From an uncultured candidatus Brocadiaceae bacterium (GTDB lineage: Bacteria; Planctomycetota; UBA11346): a stretch of DNA of 64,000 nt. Positions within the stretch are counted from its first letter, which is position 1. Each line of letters starts with the position of its first letter. The stretch covers positions 2,394-66,393 of the forward strand of contig CAZTGE010000003.1 of NCBI GenBank assembly GCA_964612995.1. Reading direction: 5' to 3'. Shown here one piece after another: positions 30,554 through 39,106 of this stretch. Below the pieces are notes generated by a model. That model searched no databases. It worked only from the letters and a program-made list of their open reading frames with translations, and had not been told where the DNA came from. The position numbers and the translations under genes were made by a program.

Positions 30554-31579
30554 TTAGCAGGCCGCGTCGTTGGCACAAGGCGGGACAGCACGAATGTTCG
30601 ACTTGCTCGTCTGCCCGGGGATCTCGCGCACCAGCCGCGGCACGAGGTAGCCCGGCAGGCTCGCCTGCAGGGCGCTGACGAGCCGACACGCGTGCGTATC
30701 GTCGACGGCGAAGTGGGCCGCGCCCCGGACGTGGTCGAGCTGGTGCAGGTAGTAGGGAATGATCCCCAACTCGCCCAAACGCTCGTAGAGCGTCGCGAGG
30801 ACCCCGATCCGATCGTTGATCCCGCGCAGCAACACGCTCTGGCACAACAGCATGACCCCCGCCTGACGCAGGCGCGCACAGGCACCGGCGCAAAGCGCCC
30901 CGAGTTCCCGCGGATGGTTGGCGTGCAGCACCACCAGACAGCGGGAACGCAGTGTGCCCAGACATTGAACCAGCTGCGCATCGACCCGGAGCGGATCGGT
31001 GACCGGATAGCGGGTGTGCAGCCGGATGCGGCGAAGATGGCCGATGGCGTCGAGTTCGCGCAACAGCGCGCAGAGCGCAGTCGGCTGCATGCCCAAAGGG
31101 TCACCGCCAGAGAGCACCACCTCGTGCAGATCGGGTCGTTGTCTGATGTAGTCCAGCGCGGCGGGGCCCGGACCGCTGGGCAGGCGCCGACCGGCGCCGC
31201 GCCGGAAGCAGAAGCGGCACCGCAGGGCACAGGGACCATCGCAGAGCAGGAGTGCCCGACCGGCGTACTTGTGCAGCAGCCCGGGCACCGGCGTGAACTC
31301 CTCCTCCGCGAGCGGGTCGTCGCTGTAGCCGGCCGGCACGTCGCATTCGGCAGCGGTGGGCAGCGCCTGCAGCAACAAGGGATCGTGCGGATCGCCGCGC
31401 CGGATGCGCGCGAGCCAGGCCTGCGGTATGCGCAGCGGGAAGGCGGCGGCGGCCGTGTGGGCCAGCGGGTCGTCATCGCGCAGACCGGCACGCGCGAGCG
31501 CCACTCGCAGATCGCTCACCGGTCGCTGTTGCGACGCTGGGATGCGCATGGAACAGGCCCCTCTGGAACGCGCCGCCAC
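30554..31579 (-). CDS. epmB: EF-P beta-lysylation protein EpmB (lysine 2,3-aminomutase-like radical SAM). Alternative start 31549
   Basis: CALRCRFCFRRG radical-SAM cysteine cluster. PGLLHKYAGRALLL matches the YjeK family. Confidence 0.9.
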   Translation of the reverse strand: MAARSRGACSMRIPASQQRPVSDLRVALARAGLRDDDPLAHTAAAAFPLRIPQAWLARIRRGDPHDPLLLQALPTAAECDVPAGYSDDPLAEEEFTPVPGLLHKYAGRALLLCDGPCALRCRFCFRRGAGRRLPSGPGPAALDYIRQRPDLHEVVLSGGDPLGMQPTALCALLRELDAIGHLRRIRLHTRYPVTDPLRVDAQLVQCLGTLRSRCLVVLHANHPRELGALCAGACARLRQAGVMLLCQSVLLRGINDRIGVLATLYERLGELGIIPYYLHQLDHVRGAAHFAVDDTHACRLVSALQASLPGYLVPRLVREIPGQTSKSNIRAVPPCANDAAC

Positions 31580-31652
31580 GGGTGCTAGTGTGCGTCGATC
31601 GCCGGCAGACGGCGTTCCCCCTCACCACCAGGTCGATCGAACGGACGCAAGC

Positions 31653-32222
31653 ATGGGCCAGATCAACACCAGTGAACTGAAGAACGGACTCAAGATCATG
31701 TTCGGCGGCGAGCCCTACACTTGCCTCAACGTCGACTTCGTCAAACCCGGCAAGGGCGCGGCGTTCTACAAGATCCGGGTCCAGAACCTGCTTACCGGCA
31801 ACACGCTCGACAAGACCCTGCGTTCCGGCGAGAAGGTCGAGACCGCCGACGTGCTCGACACCGACATGGAGTACCTCTACTTCGACGGCGCCGCCTACGT
31901 GTTCATGGACGTCAAGACCTACGACCAGATCTCGGTGCCGGCCGCGGCCATCGGCGAGAACGCGGACCTGCTGGTCGAGAACATGCGTTGCACCGTGACG
32001 CTGTGGAACAACGAGCCGATCGCGGTCAAACTGCCCAACAACCACACCTACGCGGTCGAATACACCGAGCCGGCGGTCAAGGGCGACACGCAGAGTCGCG
32101 TGATGAAGGACGCCAAGCTGGAGACCGGCGCGGTGGTCCAGGTGCCGACCTTCGTGGATGTCGAGGACAAGGTGACCATCGATTGCCGCAGCCGCGAGTA
32201 CCTCGGCCGCGACAAGGGTTGA
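31653..32222 (+). CDS. efp: elongation factor P
   Basis: 189 aa. The KPGKGAAF loop carries the lysine that is beta-lysylated. Divergent from epmB. Confidence 0.95.
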   Translation: MGQINTSELKNGLKIMFGGEPYTCLNVDFVKPGKGAAFYKIRVQNLLTGNTLDKTLRSGEKVETADVLDTDMEYLYFDGAAYVFMDVKTYDQISVPAAAIGENADLLVENMRCTVTLWNNEPIAVKLPNNHTYAVEYTEPAVKGDTQSRVMKDAKLETGAVVQVPTFVDVEDKVTIDCRSREYLGRDKG

Positions 32223-32224
32223 GC

Positions 32225-33169
32225 GTGGAGACCAGCTGGGCACCTGGGGCGGATCTGCTCCGGTTGCGTGCGCGAGCCCGGCTGCTGCAGCGCACCCGCG
32301 CCTTCTTCGCCGAACGCGATGTGCTCGAGGTCGAGGTGCCGGTGTTGCAGAACGGTGCCAACCTCGACCGCGGAATCGATCCTTTTGCAGTCGACACCCC
32401 GCAGGGCCGGCGCTATCTCGCCACCAGCCCCGAGCACTTCCTCAAGCGTCTGGTCGCCGCCGGCTATGGCGATGTCTGGTCGCTGGCTCCCGCCTTCCGC
32501 AGCGACGAGCGCGGCAAGCGGCACAATCCCGAGTTCCGCATGCTCGAATGGTACCGTGTCGGCTGGGACGACCGCGCATTGCAACGCGAGACGGTCGAAC
32601 TGCTCGCCGCGCTCTGTGGCGTCGACACCGTCACCGACGTGCTGAGCTACCGCCAGGCGCTGGAGCGTCACGCCGGGGTCGACCCCTTCGCGGCCAGCAC
32701 ACAGGCGTTGGCAGCGGGGCTGAGCGCGGACGAGTGCAGCGCCTGTGCCGGCGAGCGTGCGCTGATGCTCGACCTGCTCATGGCCCGACACGTCCAACCG
32801 GCCCTGCCGCAGGATCGCTGGACGGCCATCGTCGACTTCCCCGCCGACCAGGCGGCCCAGGCCCGCTTGCGTCAGGTCGCCGACGGCAATACCGTCGCCG
32901 CGCGCTTCGAGGTCTATCGCGGCGAACTCGAACTGGCCAACGGCTACCACGAGCTCGACGACCGCGCGGAACTCGAACGGCGCTTCGCCGACGAACGCGC
33001 CGCTCGAGCGGATACGGCTCCGGCGCTCGACACCCGCTACCTCGCGGCGATGCGATCTGGGCTGGGCCCCTGCGCCGGCGTCGCGGTCGGCTTCGACCGT
33101 GTGTGCATGCTCGCCAGCCACTGCGCAGACATCGATGCGGTCTTCGCCTTCAGCTGGGAGCGGGCCTGA
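32225..33169 (+). CDS. epmA: EF-P--(R)-beta-lysine ligase EpmA (PoxA/GenX). GTG start 2 nt after the efp stop
   Basis: VETSWAPG...RAFFAERDVLEVEVPVL aligns with the EpmA N-terminus. Class II aaRS-like core FRNE... Confidence 0.9.
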   Translation: METSWAPGADLLRLRARARLLQRTRAFFAERDVLEVEVPVLQNGANLDRGIDPFAVDTPQGRRYLATSPEHFLKRLVAAGYGDVWSLAPAFRSDERGKRHNPEFRMLEWYRVGWDDRALQRETVELLAALCGVDTVTDVLSYRQALERHAGVDPFAASTQALAAGLSADECSACAGERALMLDLLMARHVQPALPQDRWTAIVDFPADQAAQARLRQVADGNTVAARFEVYRGELELANGYHELDDRAELERRFADERAARADTAPALDTRYLAAMRSGLGPCAGVAVGFDRVCMLASHCADIDAVFAFSWERA

Positions 33170-33179
33170 ATCGGCCGCG

Positions 33180-33503
33180 TCACTGGCCGGGGTAATAGAT
33201 CTTGTCGAGCCCCAGCGAGATCAGGTAGTTGGTCAGCTGCTGCACGCGTCGGTCGCTCAACCCACGCTGCGACTGCACGGCGACGCGGGCACGAGCGCTG
33301 CCGGTGATCGCGTTGCGATTGCGCTCGGCAATGTATTCCAGCTCGCGCCACAGCTGATCCTTGCCCATCTTGCGGCCGTTGAGCACGTACACGGTCGAAT
33401 CGGGAACCACCGTGATCTGCAGGTGCGGCGGATGACGATGCGGTTCACCGCAACCTGCTGACAGGCAGAGCGCCAGGCATGCGAGCGCGCAGCGGAGGCG
33501 CAT
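33180..33503 (-). CDS. small lipoprotein (107 aa), possibly an ExbD/TolR-like periplasmic fold
   Basis: Lipobox LSAGC. VYVLNGRKMGKDQLWRELEYIA...RVAVQSQRGLSDRRVQQLTNYLISLGL resembles the ExbD C-terminal domain pattern. Confidence 0.5.
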   Translation of the reverse strand: MRLRCALACLALCLSAGCGEPHRHPPHLQITVVPDSTVYVLNGRKMGKDQLWRELEYIAERNRNAITGSARARVAVQSQRGLSDRRVQQLTNYLISLGLDKIYYPGQ

Positions 33504-33504
33504 C

Positions 33505-34605
33505 TCAGCGTACCAGGATGTCCGGGCGTTCGATCATCACGCCACCGGGCAGACGCACCTTGCACACCGGCCAGTTCTTCGAACAGGCGGTGAGCACCTG
33601 ACGCCCCTCCTCGTTGACGATGAAGGTGTCTTCGCTCTTGGTCCCGGAGATCGACGGATTCCAGGCCACCGCCTGGTTGTTGTGGATCAACCGGTCCTCC
33701 TGTGGCGTGACCAGGAAGTCGCGCCCGGCGTATCCGGTGGGGCCACCCTGGTGGTGCTGTTCCCACTCCTTGTCGAAGCCCTCGTCCTTGTAGGCCTTCT
33801 GTGCCGCCTTGAACACGTCCTTCCACGCGCGGCCCGGCTGCGTCGCCTCCCACATGGTCGCCTCGACCTTGCACACCGAGGCGTGACGGGCCTTGAGCTC
33901 GGCCGAAAGCGGACCGAAGTGGACCATGCGGGTGAGATTGGCGATCAGCCCGCCACGCTGGCCGCAGACCACCAGCATCGCGAGGTGGCGCAGATGGTTG
34001 ACACTGGGGATCGGGTGGCGGCTGCGACGCAGACGATCATCGAAACCGACCAGCAGGACATGGGGCTGGATGCCACGCACGAGCAGATGGCGTGAGAGGT
34101 CGGCCTCGACCACGTGGCCGCTGTCGCCGACAGACATGTGCTGGGCGACGGTCTCGATCGCGATGGCGCAATCTCGTCCCAGCTGGCGGTAACGCCGGAT
34201 GTCGCCGGGGCACAGCTCTGCGCGCACGCTGTGGTTGAAATCACCGGGCAGCGGCGGCAGATCCATGCGCCAGGGCTCGTCGGTGGCCGCCTGCTTCTTG
34301 CTGCCGACCGCCTTGCGCACGGCCTCGCCCAGGTCCTGGGTCCAGGGATGGGTCTTGAGCGTGAAGCCGTTGACCGGCTCCTCCTTCTCGATGCGGGGCC
34401 CCTCGATCGCATCGGCGATCACGCAGACCTGCCGGGCGGTGACCATCACCGCCGCCTGACCGGAGTCGCTCTGGGCGACGACGTGGTTGTCGCCACCACA
34501 GGTCAGCCACGCGAAATTGGCGCGGGAGGAGAACACCACCGCGTCGAGGTCGTGCTCTTTCATATAGGCGCGTACCCTGGTGAGCTTGGCCGCCACATCC
34601 GTCAT
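33505..34605 (-). CDS. M24 family metallopeptidase (Xaa-Pro aminopeptidase/creatinase-like)
   Basis: 366 aa with N-terminal creatinase-like and C-terminal pita-bread domains (…HGIGH-like HQGGPTGYAGRDF). Confidence 0.8.
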   Translation of the reverse strand: MTDVAAKLTRVRAYMKEHDLDAVVFSSRANFAWLTCGGDNHVVAQSDSGQAAVMVTARQVCVIADAIEGPRIEKEEPVNGFTLKTHPWTQDLGEAVRKAVGSKKQAATDEPWRMDLPPLPGDFNHSVRAELCPGDIRRYRQLGRDCAIAIETVAQHMSVGDSGHVVEADLSRHLLVRGIQPHVLLVGFDDRLRRSRHPIPSVNHLRHLAMLVVCGQRGGLIANLTRMVHFGPLSAELKARHASVCKVEATMWEATQPGRAWKDVFKAAQKAYKDEGFDKEWEQHHQGGPTGYAGRDFLVTPQEDRLIHNNQAVAWNPSISGTKSEDTFIVNEEGRQVLTACSKNWPVCKVRLPGGVMIERPDILVR

Positions 34606-34672
34606 TCGTCTGCTCCTCGGGCGCCGCAGTCGCGCCCGTCACTCGACCCCGGCCCTGGGCCGGGGCGGTTGG

Positions 34673-34987
34673 TCATCGTTCGTTGTCTGTGCGATCCCCG
34701 GAGCGGGAATCCGTTTCGGTCGTCTGGTGCTCGGCATCGGTGTCGCGAACAGAGCCTTCGATCCGCTTGCGCTCCGCGTCGGGCAGTTCCTCGTGCCTGG
34801 CCGTCTTGTCGTCCTCGTCGTCGCTGCCGTCGAGGCCGCGCCGGAACTGGCGGACCCCAAGGCCGAGCCCGCGCATCACCTCGGGCAGACGCCGACCGAA
34901 GAGCAGCAGCGCGATCAGCGCAATGATCCCCATCTCCATGGGGCCGAGCCCACCGAAAAAGGCGAGCGGTGGACGCATCAACGGCAT
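34673..34987 (-). CDS. tatA: Sec-independent (Tat) translocase subunit TatA/E-like. Alternative start at 34939
   Basis: FFGGLGPMEMGIIALIALLLFGRRLPEVMRGLGLGVRQFRRG gives the TatA TM helix plus amphipathic helix signature, then an acidic tail. Confidence 0.7.
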   Translation of the reverse strand: MPLMRPPLAFFGGLGPMEMGIIALIALLLFGRRLPEVMRGLGLGVRQFRRGLDGSDDEDDKTARHEELPDAERKRIEGSVRDTDAEHQTTETDSRSGDRTDNER

Positions 34988-35182
34988 CGATGGCTCCTGT
35001 GGAAGGAAGGCGGTACGATACGAACCAGCCACCGGTGGGCAAGGACGGCCTGCAGAGCGTTGCATGGAGCCATAAACGCCTAATGCAACAGGGCCTGCGC
35101 GGCAATGCGCCAGAATCCCAAGCCGTATGCCGCTCGATGGTCGCAGCGTGGACTCGAGCCGGGGCCGGGGTAGCGTCGGGCC

Positions 35183-36073
35183 ATGCGCACATTCCCCTGT
35201 TCCCCCACCCGTCATCGCCTGCCCGAATGGTTCCGCCGCGGCCTCGCGCGCGGTGGGCAGAGCGTGCGCACCGGGGAGCTGCTCGCGCGCCACCGGCTGC
35301 ACACGGTCTGCCGTGAGGCCCGCTGCCCCAACCGTAACGAGTGTTTCTCGCGCCGGGTTGCGACCTTCCTCATCCTCGGCGACCGCTGCACCCGCAACTG
35401 CGCCTTCTGCAACGTCACCGACCATCGCGGAGCCCTCCCTGCGCCGGATCCCGAGGAGCCCGCCCGCCTGGCCGCTGCGGCGCGCGAGCTCGACCTGCGT
35501 CACGTGGTGGTGACCTCGGTCACCCGCGACGACCTCGCCGATGGCGGTGCGGCCCATTTCGCGGCGGTCATCACCGCGGTCCGCGCGGCCTTGCCCCAGG
35601 CGGGGATCGAGGTGCTGATCCCCGACTTCCGTGGCGATGCGGACGCGCTGGAGACGGTCCTCGCGGCGCGACCGGACATCCTCAACCACAATCTCGAGAC
35701 CGTTCCCCGGCTCTACCCGCAGGTCCGCTTCCACGCCGACTACCGCCGCAGCCTCGAGCTGCTCACGCGCGCCGACCGCCTCGCACCCGACATCCGCACC
35801 AAGTCGGGGATCATGGTCGGCCTCGGCGAGACCGATGACGAGGTCGCCGCGGTGCTGGGCGAGATGGCCGCGGCCAGGGTCGACATCGCCACCATCGGGC
35901 AGTATCTGCGTCCGAGTCTGGCCAACCACGATGTCATGCGCTTCGTCGAACCGGAGACCTATCGCCGTTACAGCACGATCGGCGAGGAGTTCGGCCTGCG
36001 CGTGTTCGCCGGGCCCTACGTACGCTCGAGCTACAATGCCGAAGCCGTCGCCGAGGGCGTTGTGCCCGGTTGA
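35183..36073 (+). CDS. lipA: lipoyl synthase
   Basis: CREARCPNRNEC and CTRNCAFC clusters, as in LipA. Confidence 0.95.
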   Translation: MRTFPCSPTRHRLPEWFRRGLARGGQSVRTGELLARHRLHTVCREARCPNRNECFSRRVATFLILGDRCTRNCAFCNVTDHRGALPAPDPEEPARLAAAARELDLRHVVVTSVTRDDLADGGAAHFAAVITAVRAALPQAGIEVLIPDFRGDADALETVLAARPDILNHNLETVPRLYPQVRFHADYRRSLELLTRADRLAPDIRTKSGIMVGLGETDDEVAAVLGEMAAARVDIATIGQYLRPSLANHDVMRFVEPETYRRYSTIGEEFGLRVFAGPYVRSSYNAEAVAEGVVPG

Positions 36074-36077
36074 GCAC

Positions 36078-37139
36078 TCAGACCGCGTCGGGCGCGAAGG
36101 ATCCGGTGCAGGAGCCGCAGACCCAATCGATGCAGGCCCAGCCGTCGACCCCGGTCCCGATCCCGGGCCCGCTCAGAGACAGCCGCCCCGGCGCGCGGTG
36201 CGGGTAGACCGCGCAGGCCGCCCCACAGGCCACGGCCACGCGCCCGGCATCGCAACCGCCAGCGTACGCTGCGATCCAGGCCTGAGGATCTTCGCCGAGC
36301 ATCCGCGCGATCGCCGGCAGGGTCGGATCGAAGGGGATCCAGCCATCTGTGTCGGCGACCTCGATCCAGTAATGCGGGTTGATCAGATCGTCGCGCGCGA
36401 TCACTCCGGCCAGCAGGCGCCACTTGCGACCGAGCGCGGCCATCTGCTCACCGAGTGTCAGCGCCGCGGCGAGGCAGTCGCCGCGGTGGCCGGTCGCATC
36501 CATCTCCGGTACGCGGCGATCCTGATAGACATAGATCCAGTCGCTGGCGAGCTCGGCGAAACATCGGCGCAGCTCGCCGGGAACCGCGCAACGTAATGGA
36601 CGCAGTACGAGCCGGCTGGTGGCGCGCAGCGCCGGAGCGCTCTCCGGCGCATCGATCACACCGTGTTCGCCGCCCCCCTCCAGCGCACGCCCGCCGAAGC
36701 TCCCCTCCTGCCGGACCTGCTGGCTCGCGGTGGCGCATGGCAGCGGCAGCTCCCATTCCAGCTGCGCAACCCCTGCGGGCAGGAAGAAGCGGCGGGTGTC
36801 GTGCCAGCGCACCGGGCGCGGCTGTTGCGTCCGGATCACGAACGGGCGGAAATGGTCGAGGTAGGAGCGCCAGGCGCGCGCGAGCACCGGCGCCTCGTCG
36901 AGTCGATGCCAGGCGACCCAGTTGGCCACCGTCAGTTGACAGAAGCTGCCGTCCTCGCGCTGCGGGAGTCCCGCCGCGACCCAGCGCGCGAGCACGCTCT
37001 TGCCGATGCCGAGACGACGGGTGCAAGCGCGAGGGCTGAGCGGACGCAGAGGATGGTTGGCGCCGGGACCGCAGCGGGGCGCCGAGTCAGGTGGACGCGC
37101 GGCCACCGTCGTGCTCGCGATGTTGGGCGAACAGCGCAA
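36078..37139 (-). CDS. transglutaminase-like cysteine protease domain protein with an N-terminal HTH-like segment. The true start is probably downstream of 37139 because the 5' end overlaps pssA
   Basis: GDCLAAALTLGEQMAALG ... HYWIEVADTDGWIPFDPT forms a C/H/D transglutaminase core. RLGIGKSVLARWVAAGLP resembles an Xis/MerR-type HTH. Confidence 0.5.
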   Translation of the reverse strand: MRCSPNIASTTVAARPPDSAPRCGPGANHPLRPLSPRACTRRLGIGKSVLARWVAAGLPQREDGSFCQLTVANWVAWHRLDEAPVLARAWRSYLDHFRPFVIRTQQPRPVRWHDTRRFFLPAGVAQLEWELPLPCATASQQVRQEGSFGGRALEGGGEHGVIDAPESAPALRATSRLVLRPLRCAVPGELRRCFAELASDWIYVYQDRRVPEMDATGHRGDCLAAALTLGEQMAALGRKWRLLAGVIARDDLINPHYWIEVADTDGWIPFDPTLPAIARMLGEDPQAWIAAYAGGCDAGRVAVACGAACAVYPHRAPGRLSLSGPGIGTGVDGWACIDWVCGSCTGSFAPDAV

Positions 37140-37932
37140 CCACGCAGCCGACGACGATGTAGAGCGTGGTCAGCACCACCAGCAGGTAGAGCGGCTGGAT
37201 GATCAGCAGACCGATGAGCAGGAACAACGCGATCAAGCGGCCGAGCGAGAGCCGTCCGCTGAGCAGCACGTTGCCGACATGGATGAAAGGCAGGCGGCTG
37301 ACCATCAACAGCGCCATCGCCAGGGCCAGGACCATCATGATCCACCGTGCGCCGTACTCGAAGGTTTCCAGGCGCATGCCCCATTCGGTGGCGAGGAAGC
37401 TGCGATCCCACCGCAGCTGGCTGGTGGTGAACCAGCTGTAGAGCATGGCCCACGCGCTCAACGCCGCGGCCGCACCCGGCGATGGCAGGCCCTGGAAGAA
37501 GCGTTGCGCCTGATCGTCGTGCTCGACGTTGTACCGCGCGAGCCGGATCGCCGCCATGACGACGAAAAACACACTCAGGAACCAGATCCACCGCTCGCCT
37601 TCACCCAAGACCAGATCCGGCGGGCCACCGAGCACGATGCGATGCAACAGCATCGCCGGCGCGACGCCGAAGCTGACGATGTCGGCGATGCTGTCGAGTT
37701 CGGCGCCGAACTCGCTGTCGGTTCCGGTCAGCCGGGCGACCTTGCCGTCGAACATGTCGAAGACCATCGCGGCGAAGATCAGCACGCCGCCGTGGAACAA
37801 CAGGCCCGCCTCGCCATGCGCGCTCATCGCACAGAGGATCGCGGTCACGCCGCTGGCGAGGTTGCCGGCGGTGAGGATCGTCGGCAGGACCGGATAATCG
37901 CGCAATCGGCGTCGGCGTCGTTCCTCGCTCAT
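37087..37932 (-). CDS. pssA: CDP-diacylglycerol--serine O-phosphatidyltransferase
   Basis: CDP-alcohol phosphatidyltransferase motif DMFDGKVARLTGTDSEFGAELDSIADIVSFG. Multi-TM. Confidence 0.9.
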   Translation of the reverse strand: MSEERRRRRLRDYPVLPTILTAGNLASGVTAILCAMSAHGEAGLLFHGGVLIFAAMVFDMFDGKVARLTGTDSEFGAELDSIADIVSFGVAPAMLLHRIVLGGPPDLVLGEGERWIWFLSVFFVVMAAIRLARYNVEHDDQAQRFFQGLPSPGAAAALSAWAMLYSWFTTSQLRWDRSFLATEWGMRLETFEYGARWIMMVLALAMALLMVSRLPFIHVGNVLLSGRLSLGRLIALFLLIGLLIIQPLYLLVVLTTLYIVVGCVVALFAQHREHDGGRAST

Positions 37933-38600
37933 CCGCGCTGCGCCCCCTCCTGCTCCGGCAGCTCGACCAGCACCGTCTCACCTGCGCGGACCTTCTGCCC
38001 GACGCGCACCACGACCCGGCCCGTCTCGACTGGCAGCCAGAGTTCGAGACGTGAACCGAATTTGATCATGCCGAAGATCTCGCCGCGGCGCAAGCTGTCG
38101 CCCACGCTGTGGGTACAGACGATCCGCCGCGCGATCAGGCCACTGATCTGGCGCACCACCACTCTCACGCCGCTGTCGAGACGCAGGCCGAGCATGTTCG
38201 CCTCGTTGGCGTGGCTGGCGTCGGGATGGCGCACGTCGAGAAACCGCCCCGGAGTATAGCGGACCCATTCGATCGTACCGCTGCCCGGCGCGCGGTTGAC
38301 GTGGACGTTGAACACATTCATGAAGATACCGATGCGCAGGGTCTGGCCTTCGATGTAGCCCGGGCTCTCCACCTCTTCGATATCCGCCACGATCCCATCG
38401 GCCGGTGCGACCAGCAGGTGCTCTCCGGGCGGCGGCCGCCGCCGCGGATTGCGGAAGAATGCGATGACGAACAACAGGGCCATCCCCGCCAGCACGAAGT
38501 AGACCCAGCGCACCTGCCCTGGTGGCAGCAGCAGAGCGCCGCCGGAAAGCAGCAGCAGGGCGATACAGATGGGCACGATGCCCCAACGGGCGATGGTCAT
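37929..38600 (-). CDS. psd: phosphatidylserine decarboxylase (short Asd-type proenzyme)
   Basis: GEIFGMIKFGSRLELWLP contains the G-S self-cleavage site. 4-nt overlap with pssA. Confidence 0.85.
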   Translation of the reverse strand: MTIARWGIVPICIALLLLSGGALLLPPGQVRWVYFVLAGMALLFVIAFFRNPRRRPPPGEHLLVAPADGIVADIEEVESPGYIEGQTLRIGIFMNVFNVHVNRAPGSGTIEWVRYTPGRFLDVRHPDASHANEANMLGLRLDSGVRVVVRQISGLIARRIVCTHSVGDSLRRGEIFGMIKFGSRLELWLPVETGRVVVRVGQKVRAGETVLVELPEQEGAQRG

Positions 38601-38604
38601 GGCT

Positions 38605-38874
38605 TCAGCTCCGGCTGGCCCACAGCAGTGCCCCTGCGCAGAGCGCGCTGGCGACCAGCGAACTGCGCCACAGGCTGCCGAGCGCCAAGCGCCACGCGAC
38701 CACCCACAGCACCAGGGCGACGGCGAGCACGCCGATCAGCACCGCTGGCCGATCGCGGCCGATCGCGGCGATGACGACGAGCGCCTGGCCGAGCATGAGG
38801 AATGACCCACCGAGGATCGGGGACCGGGCACGAAAGGAATGCAGGGTCATGTGGTCGGCATCGCGCCAGCGCAT
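38605..38874 (-). CDS. small hydrophobic membrane protein (89 aa) at the head of the psd-pssA operon
   Basis: ORF with two predicted TM helices. No family recognised. Confidence 0.4.
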   Translation of the reverse strand: MRWRDADHMTLHSFRARSPILGGSFLMLGQALVVIAAIGRDRPAVLIGVLAVALVLWVVAWRLALGSLWRSSLVASALCAGALLWASRS

Positions 38875-38883
38875 ACGCGCATG

Positions 38884-39064
38884 CTAGCCCGCATCCCTCA
38901 CGATACAACTGCTGCAAAGCCGTATCGCACCGCCATTACAGGACTTCGCTCGGTCGGCGGATCCTCACGTAGCGCTGCTACGCTCCGGTTCGCCTCGATC
39001 GCGAAGCCCTGCATTGACAGCACGCTACGACTTTTCGCGACGTTGCTCATGAGGGATCCGGGCT
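38884..39064 (+). mobile_element. MITE-like element family A, copy A3
   Basis: ctagcccgcatccctcacgat...ctcatgagggatccgggctcg. One TIR end is slightly degenerate (ctcg instead of ctag). Confidence 0.75.
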
Positions 39065-39106
39065 CGCGGCGTGGCCGGGAATGCCAGCCGGGGCCGGCCT
39101 CAGGGC

